Made by a program: the position numbers and the translations under genes. The notes below the pieces were generated by a model that was not told the origin of the DNA, did no database searches, and saw only the letters and a list, made by a program, of their open reading frames with translations. Below are positions 37,827 to 47,069 of a stretch of DNA of 64,000 nt, in pieces (position 1 is the first letter of the stretch; the number at the start of each line of letters is the position of its first letter). The DNA is from a virus. The DNA lies in IMG/VR virus record IMGVR_UViG_3300042458_002038, positions 9,721-73,720 of that record; one strand, given 5' to 3'.

Positions 37827-38346
37827 TGTGTAGTGTATTTAGAAAATGTTTTACATCCTTTTCAAATGTACAGTCAGGATAGGTTAAGCCATAGTATGCT
37901 TGCACATGATGATAGCGGCTGTGGTCAATACCAATCAGTCTCATCTTTTCGATGTTATGGCTGGGATGCAGATTGTCAATAAGTACATTGTGCGTGTGTG
38001 ATAGCGTCGCATGTGGAAGCGTTGTTCTTGAGCCGTATGCTAACTGATACTCATGTTGTTGCAACGTTTCACGCGTAAGAATATGACTATCATCAAAGTT
38101 CCATCCAGCCAGCTCTGATATTTTACTAGCATAATCTCGAGTACTAGCTGTAAGAATATAAACATTCTCATGCCCCAATAACTCTCGACTATACTCAATA
38201 AGAGATACAGCCGCCGGGCGCACCTTTGTATAGTACTTGTGCCGGTCGCCATCAAGTGTAAACATAAAGTGATGGCCCTCAAAATCTGCATTAAATGACG
38301 TATGCATTAAGCATTCATCAATGTCCCAAAATATATTCTTAATCAT
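37813..38346 (-). CDS. HAD-superfamily phosphatase (NIF/FCP1-like)
   Basis: WDIDECL, VRP, ILTAS, LIDN. Confidence 0.7.
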   Translation of the reverse strand: MIKNIFWDIDECLMHTSFNADFEGHHFMFTLDGDRHKYYTKVRPAAVSLIEYSRELLGHENVYILTASTRDYASKISELAGWNFDDSHILTRETLQQHEYQLAYGSRTTLPHATLSHTHNVLIDNLHPSHNIEKMRLIGIDHSRYHHVQAYYGLTYPDCTFEKDVKHFLNTLHNEEH

Positions 38347-38561
38347 ACTGCTGTTGTAATATCCCAATGATGTATAAACTCTTTAAATCCACCGCGCCAT
38401 TCCCACGATCCATCTCTTAATATGAAATCACCAGCGCCTTCAATATCAGCAGCTACAAGTTGAGCTTCACAATGGCGATCAGTTAATCCCCAACTTGTAT
38501 ACTTGCGACCCATAATGATTGGGTATTTCTCCAATAGTGTTTTTTGTATAATGTTGTCCAT
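38343..38561 (-). CDS. hypothetical protein
   Basis: packing. Confidence 0.4.
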   Translation of the reverse strand: MDNIIQKTLLEKYPIIMGRKYTSWGLTDRHCEAQLVAADIEGAGDFILRDGSWEWRGGFKEFIHHWDITTAV

Positions 38562-38563
38562 TT

Positions 38564-38689
38564 TTACCAATGATGTATTGCGTTTGCTATAATAAAACCG
38601 CAGGTGATTAGATTTATAATCCAAAAGAATGATCTGATAGCTGCTGCAGCATCTGCTTCACCGCTGTCATTACTAATCTTATTGCCCAT
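38564..38689 (-). CDS. small membrane protein
   Basis: MGNKI...EADAAAAIRSFFWIINLITCGFIIANAIHHW; true start uncertain. Confidence 0.45.
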   Translation of the reverse strand: MGNKISNDSGEADAAAAIRSFFWIINLITCGFIIANAIHHW

Positions 38690-38721
38690 GGTTTTACACC
38701 ATACACGCCATGCTCTCTTCA

Positions 38722-38994
38722 TTAAAATTCGTCTAGGTAATCTTGTTGGTATTCGTTGACGCCGCATTCTTTGCATTGATCCCACAGTAGTCCAAGACCA
38801 GGTCCTTCCCAATCTCCGCATTTTAAATAGGCACAATAGCCATTTTCTTGGGTTGGCTTGGTAGGGTCACGATCCCAAAAAGGACACAGTTGCATCTTGC
38901 CAGCAGCATCACGCGTATAGCAATATGATCCTTCGGGAATCATGCTCTTGCATTGTTCAGCTGTCAATTTTAATGTATATGTTTCAATTCCCAT
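38722..38994 (-). CDS. Cys-rich hypothetical protein
   Basis: IPEGSYCY...CPFW...GYC..L...LLWDQCKECGVN. Confidence 0.6.
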   Translation of the reverse strand: MGIETYTLKLTAEQCKSMIPEGSYCYTRDAAGKMQLCPFWDRDPTKPTQENGYCAYLKCGDWEGPGLGLLWDQCKECGVNEYQQDYLDEF

Positions 38995-39253
38995 CTTCAG
39001 ATATAAGCTGATATTCTAAACGATACTTACACAATGTGAATTCAAGAAAATTCTCTAGTGCATAGCGGTCTCCATTACTGTCAACGCTATCAAGCAGATC
39101 AGCTTTACACATTCTATCATTAGTATAAAAATAAGAGGTGTGTGGAAGAACACTCGAATAAACAAAATGTACTCCTCCTAAAGCATCGACATGCGTGCAC
39201 GCATAGCGGCCTGATGGTTTATGTTTGTATAGATATACCGTTTCCTCTTTCAT
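38984..39253 (-). CDS. hypothetical protein
   Basis: packing. Confidence 0.45.
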   Translation of the reverse strand: MKEETVYLYKHKPSGRYACTHVDALGGVHFVYSSVLPHTSYFYTNDRMCKADLLDSVDSNGDRYALENFLEFTLCKYRLEYQLISEDGN

Positions 39254-39654
39254 TTTGTTAATGCTTTTGCAATTTCTTTACGACCCCATTCGTTAGCACT
39301 GTGAATATAACACTTTGGTAACTGCACACCCGCAGCTTCACATTGTTGCACTAAGTATTGAGCACATGCGCGACCAGTCAGGTTCTTAAGATTGCCATAT
39401 TCAATAACTCCAGTTTGCTGTGTGACGCTAAAGTAATGAATGATGTGTTCCTCATGCAAGTCATGGTCAAATGATACTGTCTTCGGAATCATATGTTTGA
39501 CCATCAAACAAAATTCAGAATAGTCACGAACAATTACCCACTTGTCAGCTGCTATACCACTCTTGTCCGTCAGCTTGCATTTGTCATCATAAAGATATGC
39601 TGCTTCAGGATTGCGCAGGTCATCAAGAAAAAGGTTATATGAGGTAAGAGCCAT
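39250..39654 (-). CDS. receiver-like (cyclic-phosphate-processing REC) protein
   Basis: LFLDDLR.P, VSFDHDL, TG..CA, HSAN..G. Confidence 0.7.
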   Translation of the reverse strand: MALTSYNLFLDDLRNPEAAYLYDDKCKLTDKSGIAADKWVIVRDYSEFCLMVKHMIPKTVSFDHDLHEEHIIHYFSVTQQTGVIEYGNLKNLTGRACAQYLVQQCEAAGVQLPKCYIHSANEWGRKEIAKALTK

Positions 39655-39826
39655 TTGATTGTGTACCAAATATATTGTATACCTGCTCAAAGAATGCGCG
39701 TGTCATTTTTTCATTGTTTGGCGATTCAATTTCCTCAAGCAATGGATTGGTCAATACATCTTGATCAGCCAAACCATATTCGCGTTTCCATTCTTTAAGC
39801 GTCTTTTTTTCGTTTTCTAAATTCAT
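39635..39826 (-). CDS. hypothetical protein
   Basis: packing. Confidence 0.4.
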   Translation of the reverse strand: MNLENEKKTLKEWKREYGLADQDVLTNPLLEEIESPNNEKMTRAFFEQVYNIFGTQSNGSYLI

Positions 39827-40029
39827 ATTGTGTTTTTATTTAATAGTTCGCAAAATTCCTTATATGATATTGGAGTATCATCTGCAACAATCACTGTCAC
39901 ATTTTCATCATAGTGTAACCAGTCAGCTACGCTTTTCTTGCTGAAAGCTTTATCCCAATTGGACCGCCCTTCACTGCTGAGAATGCCGCTCTTAATTTCA
40001 GCACCTGTTATATCATTCTTACTTGCCAT
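39823..40029 (-). CDS. hypothetical protein
   Basis: MASKNDITGAEIKS phage pattern. Confidence 0.5.
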   Translation of the reverse strand: MASKNDITGAEIKSGILSSEGRSNWDKAFSKKSVADWLHYDENVTVIVADDTPISYKEFCELLNKNTI

Positions 40030-40234
40030 AAAGGTTTTCCTTTACCATTTGAGAATAAGAATCTTCATGTTCATAGCTATTAAAAATGTAATCAAAAAGC
40101 CATGAGTTGTCTTCATCAAGATCACACTCTTCACATAGAGTAGAGTATACGGTTTCTTGAAGTTTGTTTAAATCGCTTATTGCGCTGCGCGCAGTTTCAA
40201 TCTTCGCTATCTGTTCTTGTGTTAACTTTTTCAT
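40019..40234 (-). CDS. hypothetical protein
   Basis: packing. Confidence 0.45.
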   Translation of the reverse strand: MKKLTQEQIAKIETARSAISDLNKLQETVYSTLCEECDLDEDNSWLFDYIFNSYEHEDSYSQMVKENLYGK

Positions 40235-40347
40235 ATCTTTCAGTTGATCTGTTCAATGCAAGTGCATAATTTAATTGTTTAATAGTCCGAGCATCACTAT
40301 AAAAAGTTTTGCCTCGGAAAGTATACAATTCTTGTTTAGTTGTTTCT

Positions 40348-41052
40348 TCAGTACCATCGGTCATATTTTTTTCTATATTCGTTTATGAGATTTTGAGTTT
40401 TAGACAGTTTGATTGCAAGATCTTCAATGCCGAAAATTGGCTGATCTTCAATCAGTACTGCTTCGATGTTGTCAATAAGACGCTGCTCAGCATTTGGATT
40501 TTTATGACGCATTTCATGACATCGCGCGCGATTTTCAGCCATGGCCGCTTCTCTCGCAGTACGGCGATCCTCAATTTCTTGTTGTGTATATTTGACTGGT
40601 AGTGTATGTTCGCTCTGCGAAATTTGAATCAGTTGCCCATTTTGAAACAATGATTTATATTCAACCCAACCATCCGCAAACATATCTTGTTGATAGTCAT
40701 CACCAGTTTTTTTATCAGCATGAGGATAACTGTCATAAAAATGAACCGCTCCGTTAAAGTGAAGACACGGTTCTGTCCATTCGCGAACTACTTTACTGTA
40801 GCCGCGATTAAACAATGCCTCTATTGGAGTTGCATCCTCTTTTACATTTTCAGGCGTGTCGACCCATTCGTATTGCTTACAGTCAGCCAACAAGTATCCG
40901 TCTGCAGTAATGCTGTATGAAGTCATGCTTTGATCTGGCGTATCTTTAGTTTGAAACGCAATGTCTCCGACACTTTTGCCCCAGCGATCAATCAATGCCT
41001 GTGGGCACGAAGGCAGTGGATATTCACAATGTATATAGTCAAAAAGTCCCAT
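40348..41052 (-). CDS. conserved phage protein
   Basis: MGLFDYIHCEYPLP...FQTKD...W.EY...F..G. Confidence 0.6.
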   Translation of the reverse strand: MGLFDYIHCEYPLPSCPQALIDRWGKSVGDIAFQTKDTPDQSMTSYSITADGYLLADCKQYEWVDTPENVKEDATPIEALFNRGYSKVVREWTEPCLHFNGAVHFYDSYPHADKKTGDDYQQDMFADGWVEYKSLFQNGQLIQISQSEHTLPVKYTQQEIEDRRTAREAAMAENRARCHEMRHKNPNAEQRLIDNIEAVLIEDQPIFGIEDLAIKLSKTQNLINEYRKKYDRWY

Positions 41053-41088
41053 AGTATTATATATTAAGCGGTTTATTTTTCAAACAGT

Positions 41089-42273
41089 TTAGTCCTTATA
41101 CGGATCATACACATCGGCACCTGCCATAGCAACGCCTAATGGCTTCAGCTGATGTAGGATTTGCACGGTATCACCTTGAGCAGCCAACACATCGGTCAAA
41201 CGCTTGTAGGCATGTGGGCTTTCATCACATCCTCCACCACGCAGCTCAACATTTGCATCGGATAGCCATTGGTCCATCATGTGTTGTGAAACTTTACCTT
41301 CACTAACACGAACTTTTTGACCGCCTTTCCATTTGCATTTGCCAGCAGCTTCAGTACGGCTCATGACACGACCAGCACCATGAACGGTTGAATAGAGTGC
41401 AGCTGCCGACAAGTCGCTTTGCGCACCTTGCAAGATAACACTGTTTTCTCCCATGGTACCACCAACAAATCCACGTTGCCCTGGCCAAGCTGGAGTTGCA
41501 CCTTTACGAACAACCCACAGGTCAACACCTTGATGCTGTTCGCGCCAAGCATAGTTGTGGTGATTGTGAACTTCATCAATGATGTCGGCAGACAGGATTC
41601 GTGCAACTTCAGCGCACACCCAATCACGACCAGCATATGCATAGTCACCTGCCAATTGCATTGCAGCGATATATTCACGACCAAGATCGGTATGCACATC
41701 AAGCAACACTGGATCCACAAGGATTCCATCAGTCCCACCGCCAGCTTTGATGTAATGCGAAGCAATTTTGTGGCCAAGACCGCGGCTGCCAAAGTGAACG
41801 CCAATCCAGATACGCTCCGCTTCATCTGCAAAGATGTCAACATAATGGTTGCCGCTGCCTACAGTACCCAATTGACCGCGAGCCATATCTTTAAGAGGGC
41901 TCAGCATTTCAATGTCAGACCATTGATCAGCATCAAACAATTCATGGTCAACTTTGGTTTTGTTTACACGACCAATTCCAAACGAGACATTGGCTACAAC
42001 TTCATCCATGATGCGTGAAATATCACCTTTCACGTCGGAAAGAGTAGCGTTGGTAAGCACTGCTTTGTTGCCACAGCCAATGTCAAAACCTACACCGCTT
42101 GGCGAGATGTGATCACGATAAGCAATCACACCGCCCACAGGAACGGCATAACCTAGATGATGATCGGCCATCAAAGCGGCAGCATGCGCACCTTTGCGCA
42201 AGCAGTTGTCCATTTGATCCACTGCGTTTTGCAATGGGTCTCCAAATACTGAGATGTTGTTTAAAACTTTCAT
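41089..42273 (-). CDS. rtcB: RNA 2',3'-cyclic/3'-phosphate ligase RtcB
   Basis: DHHLG, DIGCG, GSGNHY, HFGSRG, HNHHN, RKGAT, HGAGR, DESPHAYK. Confidence 0.93.
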   Translation of the reverse strand: MKVLNNISVFGDPLQNAVDQMDNCLRKGAHAAALMADHHLGYAVPVGGVIAYRDHISPSGVGFDIGCGNKAVLTNATLSDVKGDISRIMDEVVANVSFGIGRVNKTKVDHELFDADQWSDIEMLSPLKDMARGQLGTVGSGNHYVDIFADEAERIWIGVHFGSRGLGHKIASHYIKAGGGTDGILVDPVLLDVHTDLGREYIAAMQLAGDYAYAGRDWVCAEVARILSADIIDEVHNHHNYAWREQHQGVDLWVVRKGATPAWPGQRGFVGGTMGENSVILQGAQSDLSAAALYSTVHGAGRVMSRTEAAGKCKWKGGQKVRVSEGKVSQHMMDQWLSDANVELRGGGCDESPHAYKRLTDVLAAQGDTVQILHQLKPLGVAMAGADVYDPYKD

Positions 42274-42277
42274 AATG

Positions 42278-42610
42278 TTATTGAGCTGCGATCATGCGAT
42301 CGTCTTCTACGGTAAATTCGTTCCATTCATCGCCTTCTTCTGAGTAACTTTCAAGGTCAAGGTTCTCTTGCCATTCTTCATTTTGTTCAACTCCATTTTG
42401 GATAAACTCAAAAAGAAGCTCAACTGCGCCTGGGTTGTCAGCGAGAAAATTGACAATGTAATGTTGACCGATAAACTGCCCTTGGCGGTAGCCTAGATCT
42501 TCACAAAGGCTTTCAAGGTTGCGAACGCCTTCACATCCTTCGGTGCGGAGACGGCCATGAAAGCGATCTTCAAGGTAAGCATCATACAATTCGTTGGTAT
42601 CTTTGGTCAT
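42278..42610 (-). CDS. acidic hypothetical protein
   Basis: EG..GVRNL...LGY...FLADNPGAVE. Confidence 0.55.
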   Translation of the reverse strand: MTKDTNELYDAYLEDRFHGRLRTEGCEGVRNLESLCEDLGYRQGQFIGQHYIVNFLADNPGAVELLFEFIQNGVEQNEEWQENLDLESYSEEGDEWNEFTVEDDRMIAAQ

Positions 42611-42629
42611 AATATAGTGTGTGTTAAGA

Positions 42630-42815
42630 TTAGCGGTTGCCGGTTTCGGCTGTGTCCTTCAGAGTAGCAAAGAAACTGTATGCAAAGGTGAGGCCGAGTG
42701 CAGCCCACAATGCATTCACATTGTACTCTTGAGGAATGATGTTAGCTTGATGAACAAGAAGATAAACGCCGATGTGGGCAAGTGCGGCGATGGCTGTAAG
42801 TAGTGCAATTTTCAT
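42630..42815 (-). CDS. two-TM small protein
   Basis: two hydrophobic segments. Confidence 0.5.
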   Translation of the reverse strand: MKIALLTAIAALAHIGVYLLVHQANIIPQEYNVNALWAALGLTFAYSFFATLKDTAETGNR

Positions 42816-42825
42816 AATGTATTTT

Positions 42826-42960
42826 TTATCGGCAGGCTTTCTTTGAGCCTTCTTTTTTTCGGTCTTTAAAGTAAACGGTGGCTGGAGCAGATTTATGGCG
42901 AGTCAATGCACGTAGTGCAATTGGGCTATAGTCAAAGGTGAGGCTTTTGTTCTTTTTCAT
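42826..42960 (-). CDS. small basic protein
   Basis: MKKNKSL...FKDRKKEGSKKACR. Confidence 0.45.
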   Translation of the reverse strand: MKKNKSLTFDYSPIALRALTRHKSAPATVYFKDRKKEGSKKACR

Positions 42961-42961
42961 A

Positions 42962-43162
42962 TTAAAAACCAGCGGTGTTGATGCTTGCTTTTTGAAGGCG
43001 GTCAAACTCTTCGGTAATGACGCTTTGATATTCGCTTTCAGTGTCGGTGCTTTCCTTGACCGAAACGCTTTTGACAAATTCGGCTTCAGCTGCGTGGCGC
43101 TTAGCGATTTGGGCGATCAGATTCTTACGGGCGGCGAGAGCAGGAGTGGAAGTATTTTTCAT
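42962..43162 (-). CDS. hypothetical early protein
   Basis: preceded by a GTAAGG leader. Confidence 0.5.
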   Translation of the reverse strand: MKNTSTPALAARKNLIAQIAKRHAAEAEFVKSVSVKESTDTESEYQSVITEEFDRLQKASINTAGF

Positions 43163-43191
43163 AATGTTGTGGTGTTTCCTTACAAGATTGT

Positions 43192-43308
43192 TTAGTTTTT
43201 ATTTGAACGCTGATTGAGGCAAAGGCAGGCTGCCATTACAACGGTTTGCACCATGATTGCTACGAAGAAGATAATCAGTACAGATTCAAGCGTTTGGTCG
43301 AGATTCAT
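43192..43308 (-). CDS. 38-aa single-TM peptide
   Basis: MNLDQTLESVLIIFFVAIMVQTVVMAACLCLNQRSNKN*. Confidence 0.5.
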   Translation of the reverse strand: MNLDQTLESVLIIFFVAIMVQTVVMAACLCLNQRSNKN

Positions 43309-43329
43309 ATTTTGTGGTGGTTTGTGGCG

Positions 43330-43433
43330 GATTGCCTTACGAGATTATTATACACTAAAAAATCCCACATGTAAAGGACTTTTTTCAGTAAAAATGCATA
43401 TTTTTGCATTTTTGTTGAAAATCAACGAGTTAC
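43330..43433 (-). promoter_or_regulatory. early promoter cassette copy 3
   Basis: box 43415-43433, TTTACA...TATAATAATCTCGTAAGG. Confidence 0.75.
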
Positions 43434-43442
43434 AGAGGCATA

Positions 43443-43486
43443 AAAAATCCTCGGGCCGCAAGATTTTGCAGATTCCGAGGATTTTT
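43443..43486. terminator. bidirectional terminator hairpin
   Basis: AAAAATCCTCGG / CCGAGGATTTTT. Confidence 0.7.
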
Positions 43487-43502
43487 GGCAGTTTTAGGAG
43501 AA

Positions 43503-43739
43503 TCAGATGATTCCACGGGCCTTGAGCGTAACTTTGCTATAGTCCTTCAGTAAAGCCTTGATTTGAGCAGGCGAAAGTTTAGGCTTTACTGGGACTTCAG
43601 GAGAAGGAGAAGGAATTGCGGTTTTAGCAGTTTTGACGGCAGGAGTTTTAGCAGCCTTGACAGCTTTCTTTTTGTCAGTTGCAATTACTGTAGTTTCTTC
43701 TGCGACATTAGGATCGGTGATAATATTTTTATTAGCCAT
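43503..43739 (-). CDS. small K/P/A-rich late protein
   Basis: TATAAATA at 43745-43752. Confidence 0.5.
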   Translation of the reverse strand: MANKNIITDPNVAEETTVIATDKKKAVKAAKTPAVKTAKTAIPSPSPEVPVKPKLSPAQIKALLKDYSKVTLKARGII

Positions 43740-43747
43740 ACATTTAT

Positions 43748-44689
43748 TTATAAGCTTCGTACTGCAAAATCAATTGCTCTCGCACTTTCATTTTCCATTG
43801 GGCGGTTCTTATACCAGCCGCCAGTATCATTGTCTATATCTTTACACAGGCGCGCAACTTCAGCTGATGTAATAGGATAACCTCTTTTCATTGCGTTTGC
43901 GGCAATACTCATCATAATCTTATACATCATATGATACCAGCCGCCAGCTTGGATGGTACGATACTCTGCAACCATTCGCTTGTTGACAAATGGGCAATCG
44001 GCATATGAAGTCCACTTGTATGATGTGTTGGTTAACTTTTCTTTGCGGTATTGCTCAATCTTACGACGCATTTCTTCAGGCAGTTTATCAGACAATGATA
44101 GGCGCTGAAGGTTACCAGTCCATGGATGCTTTGCCATAATCTCATACGGATCAATCATTGGCGCTTCACGGTTGCTAAAGATAAACTTTTTGGAGTTTGG
44201 ATAAAGTGCTGGCACATAATACATTCGGCTTAAGTCTTTGGTTTGAGGATCGCCCAATCCATTATACTCTTTATTTAAAGCATACCAAAGGTGACGTATG
44301 CGATCCGCCGGCACTTCACATGTAAGAGGCAATACCACTCTAAACTTTGGATGCTCGTCGGTTGAGCTGGCAGAGCTGTAACATACATATCTCACATCTC
44401 TAAATACACTTATTGCATCCATCCAATGGCCTTCATATGTGTCAACATCAAGTGCCGCCCAACCAGCCCACGCTGTTACATTAGCATTTGCTCGAGTAGT
44501 GCCAGCCGTAAATATCGCTGGACTAATAAGTGCACTGCCATCTTTACGCTCATCCTTCTTCGGCTTGTACCCAGGTTGATCGCTCAACTTGTATAGCAAT
44601 CTTTCAAATGCGTCCCATGTATTAAATGACAATTGACGGTGTGTCTTGTTGTCATAGATACTTTTAAAGATGGTCAGACTATACTTCAT
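43748..44689 (-). CDS. archaeo-eukaryotic primase (PrimPol)-like protein
   Basis: AALDVD, YSSAS, KFRVVLPL, DPQTKDLSRMYYVP. Confidence 0.65.
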   Translation of the reverse strand: MKYSLTIFKSIYDNKTHRQLSFNTWDAFERLLYKLSDQPGYKPKKDERKDGSALISPAIFTAGTTRANANVTAWAGWAALDVDTYEGHWMDAISVFRDVRYVCYSSASSTDEHPKFRVVLPLTCEVPADRIRHLWYALNKEYNGLGDPQTKDLSRMYYVPALYPNSKKFIFSNREAPMIDPYEIMAKHPWTGNLQRLSLSDKLPEEMRRKIEQYRKEKLTNTSYKWTSYADCPFVNKRMVAEYRTIQAGGWYHMMYKIMMSIAANAMKRGYPITSAEVARLCKDIDNDTGGWYKNRPMENESARAIDFAVRSL

Positions 44690-45198
44690 GCGTGATCAGC
44701 AAATGCTTTTTGGATAAGTCCATGATTGCCTGTATGATCTGGAGCGCACCAGTTGTCCGGTTTAATCAAATCAGGTAATGAAAGTGGGTTTGGTCTGCTC
44801 TCTTTAATTCCAACGCGCTTAGTCATGTTTGCTTGCAGCACTTCAAACCAGGCTTTTTGAAAATCAACTTGAAGCAGGTCTAGTGTACCAGCCGCTACAA
44901 CAATAATATCTATCAGGCTGTCAACAATTTCTTCACTGTTGCGCTCAATGATTGCAGCCTTGCCTTCATTAACTTCTTCTTGCAAAAAGTCATAACGGAA
45001 TTTGATAAAGCTGGTTAGATTATCAGCTGATAAGTTTTCAACTGCATCATTGACTCCATAATACTGATGCATCATATGCATATCGGTACTAACGTCTTCT
45101 TCAACACGTTTGCCACAGGCCCAGAGTTCAAGAATCTGTTCCCAACGGTGTGCTGCTTGTCTTTGCATATGTGCTTCTGGTGTATTTGTGGTATTCAT
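44686..45198 (-). CDS. MazG-like all-alpha NTP pyrophosphohydrolase (probable dCTPase/dUTPase)
   Basis: LQEEVNE, EIVDSLIDII, ANMTK. Confidence 0.75.
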   Translation of the reverse strand: MNTTNTPEAHMQRQAAHRWEQILELWACGKRVEEDVSTDMHMMHQYYGVNDAVENLSADNLTSFIKFRYDFLQEEVNEGKAAIIERNSEEIVDSLIDIIVVAAGTLDLLQVDFQKAWFEVLQANMTKRVGIKESRPNPLSLPDLIKPDNWCAPDHTGNHGLIQKAFADHA

Positions 45199-45211
45199 AT
45201 ATTGTAATTTA

Positions 45212-46294
45212 TTAACAGAAAAAGTCTTCTAGACTTGCACGCGGTTCTGCGCTCCAGCCAATTGCATCAAGAATAAGTTCAAGTGGTTCAATGAAAGTCT
45301 TGTTGAACTGATGATCATAATTGACATACTTGTTCATATCAAATTCAACTGGCAGTGTATCCACAAATCCAATAACATTTTCGGCTGTTGGGTTGGGCAT
45401 CTTGAGAGGAATGTATTTGATACGGTCACCGCTTTGGATTGGTTGATATGTATCGGATAATCCTTTCTGCTTAAGCATATGATTATACATTAGAGCAGCA
45501 CGCACATGCATTGGTGTACCTTTCTTATAGATGGTTTGTTTATCACGCCACTTTACAATATCAGTAATACCTCGTGGAAAAGCAACCTGTTCAATTGGGA
45601 TGGTTGCAAAATGCGCACGAAACATTGCAATTGCAGCCTGCGTCTTAGCTTCATCCTCATTGATAATAATCTTAAAGATTTCCTTGAATGCGCCGCGGCA
45701 TACTTTAGGAGTACTGCTTTTGATTGCTTCGATACCCATCATTTTGATTTTTGGTTCGGTATACTGCACTCCTTCATTGTTGTGAATATTAAGAATGTAT
45801 CGCTTCTTAGCAGTCCAGATTCCACGGTCAGCAATAGCCTCCCGCTTCATAACCATTGCAGGTTTATAAACATTGGTAAGATCGGCAAGGCTATCAAATG
45901 CTTTCTTAAGCATCGGCTCAACGGCCTTGCTGCCAAATTCATCAAGGAATGCAACTGGATTGTTGGGCTTAAACTTTTCAATCACATCTTTTACGTGAAT
46001 ATACAAACTGTCCGTGTCAGCTGCAATAACTCGATCCACAACGCCGTCATCCTTAAGGAATTTGCTAAGCCAAACATTAGCATGCTCTTCAGCCCAGCGA
46101 ATAACCAACTGACCAGTAAGAGTAATACCTTCAGCAACTGCAATATCAAAGTAACGGAAATAGTTGTTGCCGATAGCACCGTAAAGTGAATTGAGCAAAA
46201 TCTTTAGACACATCTGTTCTGTCTCAAGACGTGAAATTTCGGTTTCAAGAACCGCAAGCTGTGATTTAAGTTGTGTATCAGTTAAGTGCGTCAT
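45212..46294 (-). CDS. 43: family B DNA polymerase, C-terminal subunit (gp43B)
   Basis: KILLNSLYG, ITLTGQ, DTDS, KKRY, C-terminal SLEDFF. Confidence 0.93.
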   Translation of the reverse strand: MTHLTDTQLKSQLAVLETEISRLETEQMCLKILLNSLYGAIGNNYFRYFDIAVAEGITLTGQLVIRWAEEHANVWLSKFLKDDGVVDRVIAADTDSLYIHVKDVIEKFKPNNPVAFLDEFGSKAVEPMLKKAFDSLADLTNVYKPAMVMKREAIADRGIWTAKKRYILNIHNNEGVQYTEPKIKMMGIEAIKSSTPKVCRGAFKEIFKIIINEDEAKTQAAIAMFRAHFATIPIEQVAFPRGITDIVKWRDKQTIYKKGTPMHVRAALMYNHMLKQKGLSDTYQPIQSGDRIKYIPLKMPNPTAENVIGFVDTLPVEFDMNKYVNYDHQFNKTFIEPLELILDAIGWSAEPRASLEDFFC

Positions 46295-47027
46295 ATAATT
46301 TATTAAAACAATTCATTTTAGTTTGGTGAATTTCTTTATCGGAAAATCTTATTACAGTATAGCCTTCAGATACTGCAAATGAATCAAATGCATTGTCTTT
46401 GGTCTTTTGTTGTTCATTTTCATGCCAGTATTCTCCATCTATTTCTACTAGAAGCCTACGGTTAATAATAACAAAATCAAACCTATGTGTAAATGGTTTA
46501 ATTTGGAATTGGCGACTATATTCAATTTCATTTTTATCGCACCATGCGGCAAAGAGTCGTTCTGGTTTAGTAAAACGGTATTTTCCTTCAGTGACACGGT
46601 GTACTCCAATTTCCCCATTAAAGCATTTTTCTTGTTGAGTTTTTCTCTTTTCGGGTGTCCATAATCTATTGGTATAATCACTCATTCTTTTTGGTGTTAA
46701 GCCATATCTCTTAACAAGACCGCATATGGTGGCTTTAACTGAACCAATCTCATTTGCTATTTCTTGATAAGTCATATTTTTTTCATACAACATTATCTTA
46801 AGAGTTTCTTCATCAAGTAATGGTTTATGTGAATCTGCCATTCTTTGCCTGACTACTTTACTTTTTGAGTGAGAAAGTAAATCAGGAAATTCACTTTTTA
46901 TTTTTTTATAAAATGCGTGATAATTCAATGAATGTTTTTCACATAAGAAACCTAATGAATTTCCTGATTGAATTTCCGATACTACCGTATCGTAATGCTG
47001 GTCTAACTGATATTGATATTTTGGCAT
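46278..47027 (-). CDS. Vsr/DUF559 (EDxHD-type) homing endonuclease with HTH N-terminus
   Basis: PE...RFDF...VEIDGEYWH...KD...GYTVIRF; MTYQEIANEIG HTH; AT-rich. Confidence 0.85.
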   Translation of the reverse strand: MPKYQYQLDQHYDTVVSEIQSGNSLGFLCEKHSLNYHAFYKKIKSEFPDLLSHSKSKVVRQRMADSHKPLLDEETLKIMLYEKNMTYQEIANEIGSVKATICGLVKRYGLTPKRMSDYTNRLWTPEKRKTQQEKCFNGEIGVHRVTEGKYRFTKPERLFAAWCDKNEIEYSRQFQIKPFTHRFDFVIINRRLLVEIDGEYWHENEQQKTKDNAFDSFAVSEGYTVIRFSDKEIHQTKMNCFNKLYDALN

Positions 47028-47069
47028 AATTAAGTATAAGCGTGTTCATTAGTATTTATACTTTTATGC
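47024..47069 (-). promoter_or_regulatory. hairpin over the endonuclease ATG with late promoter
   Basis: GCATAA-AAGTATAA / TTATACTT-AA-TTATGC; TATAAATA at 47053-47060. Confidence 0.65.

Noticed and set aside
42826-43077. 83-aa ORF as listed
   Set aside because: It overlaps 42962-43162; an ATG at 42960 gives non-overlapping packing.
46278-47063. Group I intron in the polymerase gene
   Set aside because: Only 36 nt of non-coding sequence on one side and an overlap on the other, so there is no space for a ribozyme core.
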